Below are positions 13,694-27,158 of a DNA stretch of 64,000 bases, piece after piece (position 1 is the first letter of the stretch; each line of letters begins with the position of its first letter). The position numbers and the translations under genes are program-made. The stretch spans positions 41,292,001 through 41,356,000 of the forward strand of contig OX597828.1 in assembly GCA_951406725.2 (NCBI GenBank), read 5' to 3'. The stretch is from Octopus vulgaris (Eukaryota). The notes beneath the pieces were generated by a model that made no database searches, was not told where the DNA came from, and saw nothing but the letters and a program-made list of their open reading frames with translations.

Positions 13694-14872
13694 CATTAGA
13701 CGCAATTTTTTTGTTAGTTTTAAGAATAAAAAAAGGGCCTCCTATACAACTGTATATACGCGACTATAAGTTAATATCTTTAAATTTTCCACAGAAAACT
13801 CGTTCGCAGTTATTTGAATTAGAAGTGGAAATAAGTGGGGTTAATAATGAAAACTATTGGTATGTTTGTTAATAACTAAAGAATTTCTCAATGCTGTTAG
13901 AATTATCTTGAATAATTAATTGAAGTTTTAATCAAGTATAAACTTGTTTCAGGAATTAGTTTAAATGAACAAAAGCAGTAGTTATTGTAACAATTTCATA
14001 CAAGTTAATATATACATACAAGGAATCGAGCCAACGAAGGTGTAAAAAGTGTAGAGAATGTATATAAAACGAGCTTATGAAAACTTAGAAATTACATTTT
14101 TATACGTAAATAAGTGAAATGGGATCTTTTTAAATGCTTTCCACCTACCAGAATCTTTTCAAGTTTTCACCAGATCATTTTTTAATGTTTCTAAACTGAC
14201 GTAGTTTTTCTTGCTGATTATAAAAACTGCATTCAGTTTTTTTCTAGGATACAAACATATTCACACAATTAAACAAACACAGAAGGTTAAAAGTTTCCTT
14301 TTTTTTTTCCCAGTATAAAACCATTGTAAAAATTAGTCCATTTACAGAAGCCCAGAACTATGCTTGGCTTTTATTTTCCATTTGATCTTAAAATGACCGA
14401 CATCTCATAAAGCTTCTCGTTCATTTTGTTCTTCTTTTCTTTTCTTTACTCCTTCCCTAATCTTATTTCGAACTTTAAAACATTTATTTAGTTTATTAGC
14501 TCGAATACACAAGGCATTCTATTGAAGAAGTTTTATTCCTATTAAACAGTCAGAAATATTAGCGGCGGGTGATGTGTATCTAAGCGATCTCAATTATGAA
14601 CTAAACACATTTAGAATGATACTATAAAACTAAAGACAGAGAAATTAATACGCGTACAACAACACTGCCGGTGCCCCAACATGGCCGCAGTCTTGGAGCT
14701 GAAATGTGTAAAAGAGTAACACCGACTTTTCGGATACTGGTCACACGGAAACTTTTATAATCCGCGCTAATTTACGAGCAGAAATTTCAGATTCCCGCGC
14801 TCACCAGACTATTATATTGGGCGGCTTTGTTTCACAGAATCTTGTACAGTACAGTATTAATAAACATGTATC

Positions 14873-15290
14873 GGATCTTTTCGGTTTGAACGGCAGTTTT
14901 TTAAAATAATTTCCATGTAACTAAACACTTTTAATCTTCGTATACTGGTAGAATGTGTTTATAAAACATCTTTTTCTCTTGGCTTTATTGAGAAAATTCT
15001 ATAGTTTGTAAGATATTTGTTGTTTTTTCTTCTTCAATTTCTGCAATTTCAACCAATCGATGACGTCTATTGAGGTAAAAAACATTCTGTGCCGTATGAA
15101 TATGTCCCTCGTTTAAGAAACAGATTGGGTTTATTTACATTTCTGAAGAAAAAAGATACCCTTCCCCCCACCCCTAACTCTAACCCTAAAACAGATTGAA
15201 ATGCAATAGATCGATACTAGGGTCATAATTATGGGCGACAATTTCATATGACACCGCTAGAAAAAACTGCCGTTCAAACCGAAAAGATTC
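14873..15290. mobile_element. MITE with ~30-bp TIRs and a perfect 8-bp TSD
   Basis: ggatcttttcggtttgaacggcagtttttt / aaaaaactgccgttcaaaccgaaaagattc; TSD catgtatc on both sides. Confidence 0.85.
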
Positions 15291-15677
15291 CATGTATCAT
15301 TTATATTCATGATGTACAGGTATCTGTATTTCATTTAATTACTTGCGTAAATTTAATATTTGTTTAATTTAGAGGCGACTACCTCTGGTTCACAAAAATC
15401 AGTAATCCGGAACAGCTTTGGAACCAAAGGTTGCGGGAAATCGATGTTGTACCAGTACCGTACATCTAGGCGTAGTTGGATTATGGATTTCAATATATTC
15501 ACGTTGGTATTCAGTTGCGAAGGCGGGTACCCTCAAGAGTATAGCAGTTATAATAGAAAGAGGGTGGAAAAGTACCTTGGGAAAGTATCTTCTACAATTG
15601 CTCTAAGTCAACGAACACCTTGTGGGTAAATTTGATAGACGGAACTGTGTGGAAGCCTTTCATACACACACACACAC

Positions 15678-15743
<66 letters not shown>

Positions 15744-16165
15744 TAATATACGTAGATACGTGTGTGCGTATAACTTACTGTTTTAACCATTCCAATGATT
15801 CTTACAGAACTCTGACATACCGTAGTGTTCAAAGAAACCCTACTCTCAAAGGCAAAGGCAGGCTACGGTCCCAATAGGGTGCCTTGACGAAATCGCTTGA
15901 TGTTAGAAATTGTAGTCAAATCTCTCTGGAACTGCATCGAGCTCGGAGAAGCAGGGGCCATTGTAGTAGCATAGAAAATGCAGCGAGAGGAAAAACATGT
16001 CTATGGGCGAGAGGATGGGATAGGATGCGCCGATGAGCGACCTTAAGCCAGTTAGACGGGAGACCAATCAACGTGTGGGGTAGGGGCGTTCTAAGATGCC
16101 CACATGTGTTGCAGCTGTACCAACCCAGCTGTGCGGGAGTAGTACTACACTGCATCACTTGAGCT

Positions 16166-17033
16166 TTGTTGAGGGTTTATGCCCGTGTTGACAACCCGCC
16201 ATCGATTCAACTCGAAGGAATTCCACTGGAAAATGTGAACCATTTCTGCTACCTTGGGAGCCATCTGTCAGCAAAGGTAGACCTCAGCGATGAAATCCAA
16301 CACCGTCTGCAGTGTGCAGGAACAGCTTTCGGCAAGCTTCGAACAAGAGTTTTTGCTGATCGGGACATCCGAACCGAAACCAAACTCATGGTGTACAGGG
16401 CAGTCATTATTCCAACCCTCCTTTACGCATCCGAAACCTGAACCCCGTATAGTCACCACCTGAAAACGCTCGAGAAATTTCACCAACGCTGTCTTCGGAA
16501 GATCCTTAACATCAGCTGGGAAGACAGAAGAACTAACGTCAGCGTGCTACAAGAAGCAAAAATGACCAGCATCGAAGCCTATGTCATCAAAGGCCAACTA
16601 AGATGGAACGGCCACGTAGTTAGAATGACTGACGAACGACTTCCCAAACAGATCTTCTACCCCCAACTCAAAGACGGCAAGCGTACAAAAGGAGGCCAGA
16701 AGAAACGCTACAAGGACTCCCTGAAAACGAACCCCAAAAAGTGTGACATCGACTTCACTAACTGGGGAGGAAACGACAAAAAACAGACCACTCTGGAAAA
16801 CCACCATCCATGAGGGAACGGCGACTTTCGAGTCGAAAAGGTCTGTAGAGCTGGAGGAGAAAAGACGGAAGGAGCGCCAACAACAACCACGTGCGACTCT
16901 CCCTTCCGGCACTAGATGTCCGCACTGCGACCGATCTTTTCAAGCAAGAATTGGTCTTATCGGTCACCTACGGACTCACCAGTAAATTTGCGCGAAGACC
17001 ATCGTCCTCGACCTTGAGGGATTGCCATCATCA
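16166..17033 (+). pseudogene. 5'-truncated RTE-clade LINE (RT thumb region and C-terminal C2H2 motif)
   Basis: FCYLGS, KLMVYRAVIIPTLLYASET, QLRWNGHVVRM..RLPKQIFY, GGQKKRYKD, CPHCDRSFQARIGLIGHLRTH; one stop and one frameshift; short (CAT) tail. Confidence 0.9.
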
Positions 17034-17098
17034 TAGTTATTGGTGTTGAAGTATGCCTTGTAGACCAAAAGACATATTGGTTAATGTGCCTCTAAATA

Positions 17099-17446
17099 AG
17101 GCGCATGGCTCAGTGGTTAGAGCGTCGAGCTTACGATCGTGAGGTTGTGAGCTCGAATCCCGGACCGGGCTGCGTGTTGTGTTCTTGAGCAAGACACTTT
17201 ATTTCACGTTGCTCCAGTTCACTCAGCTGTAGAAATGAGTTGCGACGTCACAGGTGCCAGGCTGTATTGGCCTTTGTCTTTCCCTTGGATAACGCTGGTG
17301 GCGTGGAGAGGGGAGGCCGGTATGCATGGGCGACGACTGGTCTTCCATAAAACAACCTTGCCCAGACTTGTGCCTCAGCGGGTAACTCTCTAGGTGCAAA
17401 CCCATGGTCACTCATGACCGACCGAAGGGGGTCTTTACCTTACCTT
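17099..17446 (+). mobile_element. tRNA-derived SINE, family D (CORE-like centre)
   Basis: A box tggctcagtgg, B box gctcgaatccc, gtgttcttgagcaagacactt..tgctccag..cactcagctg; tail tttaccttacc; 3' half recurs at 57886-58080. Confidence 0.8.
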
Positions 17447-17780
17447 TAAATATGGAAAGGAAAGTAAAGTAAAGACGGAATGATCATAACCTCTACATCG
17501 TTATACCGAGCCAGCTGTTTACCTGTAACGGAAGCATTTTTCTCTCTCTCTCTCTTTTGTTTATAATCCGATCAATAGACCAACGTTAACCTTTCGTTAT
17601 TATTAATAAAGGATCACATTCCAGCCGGTATTTAGCAGAATTTCGTTTTGACAAGCGATTCTCTTTGAATGGAAATAGCGTTTCAGAGGTCGATTAAATC
17701 AAGAACTATCCTCACCTTCACGCCCACCTCCTCACGTCACCTCACTTGTCACAAACACCTGCTCTGGTATCAATGTTAGA

Positions 17781-18179
17781 AACGACGACGACGACGACGA
17801 TGATGATGATGATGATGATGATGATTATAATGATGATTATAATGAGTATAATAATCGTCGTCGTCGTCGTCGTTGTCATGATGACCTACCAGCATCGATA
17901 CTACTCACTATCACTACTAACGGCAACAGCAGCAGTCCTACACCTAACACAGTGACGACCACCACCAGTTCAATCACGACGACGACGACGACCGTCACCA
18001 CCACGATCATCATCACCACCACCACCACCACCATCACCACCACCACCACAACTACCACCACCACCACCACCACCACCACCACCATCATCATCATCACCAC
18101 CACCACCACCACCATCACCACCATCACCACCACCACAACTACCACCACCATCACCACCACCACAACTACCACCACCACC

Positions 18180-18210
<31 letters not shown>

Positions 18211-18418
18211 CCACCACCACCACCACCACCATCACCACCATCACCACCACCACCGATACCACCATCACCATCACCACCACCACCACTACCACCATCATAA
18301 CACGACGACGACTACCACCACTATCATACGACGACGACGACGACCACTACCACCACCACGACCACCGCCACCGCCGCCACCACCACCACCACCACCGCCA
18401 CCACCACCATCATCATCG

Positions 18419-18479
<61 letters not shown>

Positions 18480-18495
18480 CATCAGAATCATCATG
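17781..18495. repeat. Compound trinucleotide microsatellite (GAT/CAC/CAT)
   Basis: Directly visible. Confidence 0.95.
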
Positions 18496-18649
18496 TCGGT
18501 TCAAACCAAACTGCACAGGCCCTGGAATACCATCAGTGAGACGTATTCGAGATGAGAAAAGTTCGATGTAGTGTTTTTTATGATGATAACGAAAGCTTCT
18601 CGATTATAAAACAAAAACAAAAAAAGAGCTCTTTTATTGTTTCTCTCAA

Positions 18650-19819
18650 TTTATTATTATGTTAGAGAGCAGCGCATGTCATCAAAGTGACACCAGGGTA
18701 CAAATATACGGAGCCCAATATACCTATCATGACTACTCGTCTGATAAGGGTACACCAGGTGGATGGAAGCACTCCGTCAGTTACGACGATGAGGGTTCCG
18801 GTTGATCCGAATCAACGGAACAGCTTGCTCGTGAAATTAACGTGTAAGTGGCTGAGCACTCCACAGACACGTGTACCCTTAACGTAGTTCTCAGGGATAT
18901 TCAGCGTGACACAGAGAGTGACAAGGCCGGCCTTTTGAAATACAGGTACAACAGAAACAGGAAGTAAGAGTGAGAGAAAGTTGTGGTGAAAGAGTACAGC
19001 AGGGATCACCACCACCCCCTGCCGGAGCCTCGTGGAACTTTTAGGTGTTTTCGCTCAATAAACATACACAACGCCCGGTCTGGGAATCGAAACTGCGATC
19101 CTACGACCGCGAGTCCGCTGCCCTAACCACTGGGCCATTGCGCCTCCACGTACACCAGGTACATGCATCACAGCCATATGTACACGACACGGTGATTGGT
19201 GATTTCATATCAAGGTAAACAGTACATAACCATACAGGTATGCTGGGCTATCCTGGGCTTCGTATATTTTACCCCAGCCCTGAGGTAGTGGCTCTCGTGG
19301 CTTCTGATCTTAACTGATTGGAAGTGTTATCATCTACATTGTTTTGTCTTGGTATAAAAGATGGGCTACAGCAAATATTCTGCTCAATACCACAGATTTG
19401 CTTGTCATTTGTTTGACCTTAACCAGTTGAGCATGTCCCTTAGTGGCTGACGATATGTGCATCTCTGATCACGAGCAGAAGTAGTCGGGGAGCATCACAG
19501 CCATGTGTTTAGAGGGATTCTTTGGGGTTGTATAATTCACCTTTGGAAACATGGATGTTTTGTTCATCATCCTTAAACAACGCTTATTCACCGACCTTCT
19601 GAGTGGGATGGGCTACTCGACCTGAAGAAAATCTAACTGGGTCCCACCTGCAAGGTCATACGCTATTCATCTTGATAGGAGATCACTATGTCACGCACAT
19701 ATGGTTGTGATGCATGTGCCTGGTGTACCTTTATCAGACAGGTAGTCACGACGGATTTACTGGGCTTCGTATATTTGTACGCCTGTGTCACTTTGATGGC
19801 ATGCATTGCTCTCTCACTC

Positions 19820-19820
<1 letters not shown>
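18650..19820. mobile_element. Element with long (~140 bp) imperfect terminal inverted repeats, flanked by (TTA)/(TAA)n
   Basis: 18665-18760 plus 19160-19197 is the reverse complement of 19681-19815; the left arm is split by a SINE B insertion. Confidence 0.7.
18761..19149 (-). mobile_element. SINE family B, full length
   Basis: tRNA-like head gtggaggcgcaatggcccagtggttaggg..ttcgattccc, tail gagtgcttccatcc; 11-bp TSD gtacaccaggt. Confidence 0.92.
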
Positions 19821-19916
<96 letters not shown>

Positions 19917-20187
19917 TTAATGATAATAATAATGATGATGATTATAATAATAATCATTTTAAATTTTTGCCGCAAGGACAGCTCGGGGGAGGTGGGGATG
20001 AGTTGATTACATCGACCTCTGTGTTCAACTGGTACTTATTTTATCGACCCTGAAAGGATGAGAGGCAAAAATCGACTTCGGCAGAATTTGAACTCCGAAC
20101 GAAGCGACGGACGAAATACCGCTAAGCATTTTGCCCGGCGTGCTAACGATTCAGCCAGCTCGCTACCTTTGCTAACGATGATGATGA

Positions 20188-20243
<56 letters not shown>

Positions 20244-21131
20244 AAAATGGTGAAATGAAGTTGGTTCGTCATGGCGCGGATTACGGCTGAATACTCTTAG
20301 GCCAACCGTTCAATTGCAGACAGCTTAAGGAGCTACGAATTCCGTGGGTCGATGTTATAAGGAGAGAAAGGGAGAGAATGAGAGAGAGAGAGAGAAGGGA
20401 AGAGAGAGAGAGAGAATGATGGAGGGAGAATGAGAGAGACAAAGAGAATGAAAGATTAGGGATGGGATGAAAGAGAGAAGTAGAGAAGAAGAGAATAAGG
20501 GATGAGAGAGAAAAGCAGAGACAATGCGAGAATGGAAGATGAGAGGGAGAAAAATGAAAGGAGCAGAGAGAGCATGAGAAAGAGAGAGAGAGAGAGGAGG
20601 AGGAGGAGGAGGAAGAGAAAGAGAGAATGGGAGAAAAGAGAGATGAGCGAAAGAGAGAATTTAGTCGTTGTGTCTAGCGAAGACGAGATCAAAGAAACCA
20701 GAAGATTCCAAATAGGCAAAATAAGGAAGATGACATGAAAAATGCCGAAAATACTATCATCGACTACCACCAACACTGTTGAAGACGTGAATGGATGAAT
20801 GTGCCTTCTTCTATAGCCCCGGGCCTTGAGAGTGAATTTGGAAGGCGGAAACAGAAAGGAAGCTCATCGTATGTGTGCTGTACAATAAACAATAATGAAC
20901 TTCTTTACTACACTCAACTTGAAATTTATAACTATTATACCTACTAACGACTAAACACCACCACATGGATTCTATTGAGACCAGTAAGAAACAATTATGA
21001 ACTTTTCTATTACACTTTACTTTTTAAAATATTTTTGATAAGGTTCGTTTTTTCAAGAACCGAAACATGTAAAATTCACAAGAAAATTAAAATTGATATA
21101 ATATAGTGGCATTTTCAAACTTCTTTTTTAC

Positions 21132-21209
<78 letters not shown>

Positions 21210-21320
21210 AATAGTAAAAAGTGAAAAAACTACAGAAGGCTTGTTTTAAAAGGTTAAAAAATATATATTTGAGTCAATATGTCTGAAGAATGTTATAAAT
21301 TTTTTTCATACAATGACATA

Positions 21321-21372
<52 letters not shown>

Positions 21373-21719
21373 TATTTACATATGTATAATGTATATACGT
21401 GTGTGTGCCTGTGTGTGTCCTCCCACCGCTTGACAACCTTTGTTGGTTTGTTTACGTCACTGTAATATAGCGGTTCGGCAAAAGAAACCGATAGAGTGAG
21501 TACCAGACTTGAAGCATAAGTACTGGTGGTGGAGGAACGGTTTGTTTGACTAAACCCTACAAGGTAATAGCTCAGCATGGCTGCAGTCCAAAGACTAAAA
21601 GAGGTAAATGATAAAATAACAAAATTACTACCAAGGACAAAAAAAAAAAACAACAAAAAAATACAGGAACCATTTAAAACAAATATAAAAACATCAATTT
21701 AACAAACACAGATCAGAAA

Positions 21720-22640
21720 TCTATCCTCGTTTATCACGGGGTTTGGTTAGAAGCAAAAGCGAAAAAAAGTGATAAATGAATCATTTCCACACACTTTATA
21801 AATGGCTCAAATGGTGGATTCACCGACACTCTTTGTCAGGATCAGGTGCTTTCGGACAAGAATAAATGGCAAAGTTATTGACACCAAATTCGTGGCTCAC
21901 AGCAACAAAGTCTCCATCCATTGTCGTCATCCATTTTCTTGATTGCCTCTGCCTTTTCCTGTAGTGAATATACTCATCTGCGGAGGCGCAATGGCCCAGT
22001 GGTTAGGGCAGCGGACTCGCGGTCATAGGATCGTGGTTTCGATTCCCAGACCGGGCGTTGTGAGTGTTTATTGAGCGAAAACACCTAAAGCTCCACGAGG
22101 CTCCGGCAGGGGATGGTGGCGATCTTTGCTGTACTCTTTCACCACAACTTTCTCTCACTATAACTTCCTGTTTCTGTTGTACCTGTATTTCAAAGGGGCC
22201 GGCCTTGTCACTCTCTGTGTCACGCTGAATATCCCCGAGAACTACGTTAAGGGTACACGTGTCTGTGGAGTGCTCAGCCACTTACACGTTAATTTCACGA
22301 GCAGGCTGTTCCATTGATTCGGATCAACCGGAACCCTCGTCGTCGTAACCGACGGAGTGCTTCCATCCATACTCATCTGCATTATTTGTTAGGATCAGGC
22401 GCCTTCGTATAAGAATAAATGGCAGATTCGTTGCCGTCTAACTTGCGAACCTCGGCGGCAAAGTTTCCGCGCTCATGTATTTTCTGGTCCATCTCCACCT
22501 TTTCCTGTAGTAAATACACTCATCTGCGTCGTTTCCAAAGATCCGGCGCCTTCGTATATTTTTTTCTGATTACTAAGTCCATGTTGATGGATAACGAGTA
22601 TGCAGCTTGCAGCACGGAAATGCAAATAAAAACGATTGAC
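21720..22640 (-). pseudogene. Tigger/pogo-like remnant with tandemly duplicated CENP-B/psq-type HTH coding segment
   Basis: Minus-strand KRRR*VYLLQEKVEM..FAAEVRKLDGNESAIYSYTK and a second unit ..SLQEKAEAIKK..FVAVSHEFGVNNFAIY; Tigger-like end cctcgtttatcacgggg. Confidence 0.5.
21982..22368 (+). mobile_element. SINE family B, full length
   Basis: Complete copy with 12-bp TSD atactcatctgc. Confidence 0.92.
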
Positions 22641-22761
22641 AGTGCATTCTGGGTAGCTTAGCATTGCAGGTGGTCGCTAGTAGGTGGATGTCAGCGGTAC
22701 AAGCAGAATCGTCGAATGATCGCCGACCCGTATTATCACAGATCGGTGCTTTCAACGTGAT

Positions 22762-22813
<52 letters not shown>

Positions 22814-22938
22814 ATATCCCCTACTTCTTCCCTCTCATGTGTGATACTTCTGTCCGATCAGTCGCCATGATAGATCGTTAGCCACTACACACATTTTTTT
22901 TCTCTCTTTGTTTCTCTCCTTGTTTTTTTTCTGTGTCC

Positions 22939-22974
22939 CTTTCTGCAGAAGAGCGTTGGCTCGAAACGTAAAAG
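22939..22974 (+). ncRNA. Hammerhead-like relic
   Basis: cttt / ctgcaga / a gagc-gttg-gctc / GAAA / cg / TA / aaag; A6 position altered; lies in an insert between (TA)n tracts. Confidence 0.5.
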
Positions 22975-23061
22975 ACTTTTTCTATTCCTGAGTGTTATAC
23001 TAATACATCTGTTTGTTTTGTACACCACCTGTCTTCGTCTTTTGTTTTTTTCATAAACTCT

Positions 23062-23095
<34 letters not shown>

Positions 23096-23369
23096 TGGTC
23101 ACGTTGAAAGCACCGGTTCTCACATACATACATACTCTCTTTCAATCTTTTACTTGTTTCAGTACATGCTGGAGCACCGCCCTCTGTCGAGCAAATCGAC
23201 TCCAGGACTTATTCTTTGTAAGCCTAGTACTTATTCTATCGGTCTCTTTTGCTGAACCGCTTAGTTACGGGGACGTAAACACACTCGCATCGGTTGTTAA
23301 GCGATATGCTGGAGGGTGGGACAAACACAGACACACAAACACACACACACGCACATACACACACACGCG

Positions 23370-23430
<61 letters not shown>

Positions 23431-23713
23431 ATATATATATAAATGCTTTCGGGGCATAGCAAAGAGCTACTGGATTTTCTAGTCGTTTGACAATAACTGC
23501 TACACACATTGTACGTTCTATTCATTGCTAAGATTACCTAAGATCGTAAATCTATCTTCTGTCTGTCATAATGAGCTTCTATGGTAATATTTCGTCGGGC
23601 GTTGCGTTTTCCACCAATATTCACTTCCCCCCATACACACACATAACACGGCCGGGTGAATAGATTAGCGTAAGTATTGCAAAATATAACTATTATGTAA
23701 TCTTACATATAAT

Positions 23714-23790
<77 letters not shown>

Positions 23791-24047
23791 ATCACGTGAC
23801 CGACCAGACCATCAGATGTTGTTACACATCGCTGGTCACAATGCGTTCGCATTGTTTTAGCCTTCGAATGACGCCACCCCGCTAAGCGAGCAGGCCAACA
23901 GAAGAAAGAGTGGTGAAAGAGTACAGCAGGGATCACCACCCCCTGCCGGAGCCTCGTGGAACTTTTCAGGTGTTTTCGGTCTGGGAATCGAAACCGCGAT
24001 CCTGCGACCGCGAGTCCGCTGCCCTAACCACTAGGCCATTGCGCCTC

Positions 24048-24153
<106 letters not shown>

Positions 24154-24156
24154 CAT

Positions 24157-24236
<80 letters not shown>

Positions 24237-24339
24237 TCTTTCAGTTTCTCCGCAGTAAGTATTTTATTGCAAAATAAATATCTATAAGATGGCATAAGAC
24301 TACAAGAGAATATATTAGACTTTACAAGACTTTAGAAAA

Positions 24340-24660
24340 TCTCTATAAGAGATGTTTGAAAGTGTCGTCCTTCATTTTCAATATATAAGTTGACTCTTCT
24401 ACATAAGTTCTACAGAAGTTGACTCTTTGAAAGACATGTTGGAGTGTGTGACGCGGTATGGACCGTGTGAAGGTTATGATTGCATCTTTTAACTCATTAA
24501 CGGTTTTCGGGCGATTCTTGTACACTGATCCTTTACTTGCTTCCCAGAAAAAAAAAAGTCTGGTGTTGTTAAATCAGATGATCTTGATGGCCAAATTCCA
24601 TTCGAAATAATCTGTTCACCGAAAAACTCCTGAAGTAGCGCCATGGTGATGTGCGAGGTA
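24340..24660 (-). pseudogene. Tc1/mariner-superfamily transposase C-terminal fragment
   Basis: WPSRSSDLTTPDFFF..VYKNRPKTVNELKDAI (WPxxSPDLxPxD-like motif). Confidence 0.75.
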
Positions 24661-24710
24661 TGTACTGAAAGTAAGCAGTTTAAATTTCATTTTTAGTGAG
24701 TTGGCCTACA

Positions 24711-24857
24711 GGCGCAGGAGTGGCTGTGTGGTAAGTAGCTTCTTTACCAACCACATGGTTCCGGGTTCAGTCCCACTGCGTGGCACCTTGGGCAAGTGTC
24801 TTCTACTTGTGAGTGGATTTGGTAGACGGAAACTGAAAGACGCCCGTCGTATATATG

Positions 24858-24888
<31 letters not shown>

Positions 24889-25089
24889 TTGTCCCCCTAG
24901 CATTGCTTGACAACCGATGCTGGTGTGTTTATGTCCCCGTTACTTAGCGGTTCGGCAAAAGAGACCGATAGAATAAGTACTGGGCTTACAAAAGAATAAG
25001 TCCTGGGGGTCGAGTTGCTCGATTAAAGACGGTGCTCCAGCATGGCCGCAGTCAAATGACTGAAACAAGTAAAAGAGTAAAAGAGTAAA
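24711..25089 (+). mobile_element. SINE family A
   Basis: Match to the family with an internal deletion. Confidence 0.88.
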
Positions 25090-25295
25090 AACAGTAAGTG
25101 GATAGACTATTTGAACAATATCTCTCGGTGTTGATGGTGTCTTCAAAAAATTCACTGCGGAGGGATGTTTTGAACATCCTGTATAATATAATGTTATATA
25201 TAAATATAAGGCGACGAACAGGCAGAAAGGTTAGCACACTTACCGCCCTTCCATGAAATTGCCGACCTTGTGCCAAAATTTGAAATCAATATTAA

Positions 25296-25741
25296 CCCAT
25301 TAGTGCCCAAGTTTTTTTTATTTAATTTATTACCAAAAATCTTTTTTTTTATATACAACTAACCCTAACCCTAACCCGATCCTCTGACTGCGAGTCCACT
25401 GCCAATGATAAAAACATCGGGAAAATATCTTAGGAATGAGGACCCAAGTTCAAAATCCTCCCAGGACATCTGATAAAGGCTGGAGAGTACATTAGCCGAA
25501 ACGCTGTGTTAACAACAAAGATAAGGACAAATATCCGTCAAATGTAAAGAATGTAAATAATGTACATAATTCCTCATCTCTCAAATATAGAACTGTATTA
25601 AGTTTATCTGATACTAAATATATAAAAAAAAATTTATTACAATATTTGAAAGATACTCCAGTCTTGATAACTAACTAAAGATATCTCAGAAAAAGTCAGG
25701 TGTTGCAGAAATATGATGGATTATCCATGAGTGCTAATGGG
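25296..25741. mobile_element. piggyBac-like MITE with nested fragments
   Basis: TTAA-cccattagtgccca ... tgagtgctaatggg-TTAA. Confidence 0.7.
25465..25510 (+). ncRNA. Degenerate hammerhead relic
   Basis: gacat / ctgataa / aggctgg-agagtaca-ttagcc / GAAA / cgct / gtgtt; G8 and U16.1 mutated. Confidence 0.5.
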
Positions 25742-25848
25742 TTAACTATATTTTTGTGAGTGCATGTGTGTACGTACGTGTGTGTGAGTGTCTGTACATA
25801 AAGGGTGGTCGCTAGAAAAGAGGAAAAATCATCAATAAACTGTGTGAT

Positions 25849-26180
25849 GTGGAGGAACATGGGCCTAGTGGTTAGAGCAGCGGACTCGCGGTCGAGGAAT
25901 AGCGGGTTCGAACCTCAGACCGGGCGATGTATGTCTTTATGAGCAAAACACCTAAGCTCCACGCGGCTCCGGCAGAAGGTAATGGCGAACTTCTGCTGAC
26001 TCTTTCATCACAACTGTCTCTCATTCTTTCCTCCTGCATCTTGCAGCTCGCCTGCGACAGACCGGCGTCCCGTCCAGGTGGGGAACCTATACGCCAATGA
26101 AACCGGGAAACCGGTCCTTATGAGCCAGGCATGGCTTGAGAAGGAAAAAATAACAACAACAACAACAGTAACAACAACAA
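25849..26180 (+). mobile_element. tRNA-derived SINE (B-like head, different body, CAA tail)
   Basis: A box ggcctagtgg, B box ggttcgaacc; 3' part similar to 11710-11800. Confidence 0.75.
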
Positions 26181-26274
26181 CAACAAACTGTTTGATAGGT
26201 GGTTTCTGATTCATTGTCTCTGTTATCTCTGATTGTTATTAGCAAAGATAACAAAAATATCGATGCCATATATA

Positions 26275-26420
26275 ACCGTCATTGATGAACTGAAAACGTG
26301 CTTGAGAAATGCTTGGAATAGCATCCCTCAAATTACGCTTCAAAATGCCGCACGAGCATGGATTTCTCGATTGAAACGCTGTCACAATGCGCATGGAAGA
26401 CATTTCGAACATTTGCGGGT
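26275..26420 (+). pseudogene. Tc1/mariner transposase C-terminal fragment
   Basis: DELKTCLRNAWNSIPQ..RLKRCHNAHGRHFEHL is a typical Tc1-like C-terminus. Confidence 0.7.
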
Positions 26421-26646
26421 TTATATGATATCACGCTTTGTGACGCTTATTGTTGACTTTAAATAGATCTTGTGAAAATACAAATCAGCATTTCACGAAA
26501 TTTTTCCGCTTTTATAGCGTCTATATCCGTGAAAATGTTTGTGAAAAGTTTAAAGGTTAACAAAAACAGCAAGGGATACACGCATCGATAAAGATATCTA
26601 AGAATTATTAGAATCGATGTTGTTAACCGCAGGACATACACACACA

Positions 26647-26697
<51 letters not shown>

Positions 26698-27126
26698 ACA
26701 CACACACACACATACATGTATGCCAAAACACATATACAGCTTTGTGTTTATGTACGTACATTGTATGTATGTATGTATGTATGTATGTATGTATGTATGT
26801 ATATAGTATATGTATGTCTGTATTTTTTATGCGTGTTTTTTTTACTCCAAGGATACGTTGTAGAAAATACACGGACACAGAAAAATACGTTCATAGTCAC
26901 AAACTGTTTCGTCAGCAAATAAACAATGAAAACAACGAGAACAATATTTGAAAACTATTAAAAACAGGGATTAGATTTCTTAATAAACCGAGACTTGAGC
27001 GTGATTAAAACTGCCGAGGAGACGTTATTTACAGATATCGTCTTTCAGTATATAATACCCCATATATATATATATATATATGTGTGCGTGTGTGTGTGTG
27101 TTTGTGTGTATATATATATATGTATG

Positions 27127-27158
<32 letters not shown>

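Noticed and set aside
17876-18539. Poly-Thr/His/Val ORFs (mucin-like or His-rich protein)
   Set aside because: Translation of trinucleotide microsatellites; no splice or domain evidence
20502-20738. Arg/Glu-rich ORF
   Set aside because: Derived mostly from a (GA)-rich low-complexity tract
21982-22055. tRNA genes at SINE heads
   Set aside because: A and B boxes are present, but they continue into SINE bodies with TSDs and lack a proper acceptor stem
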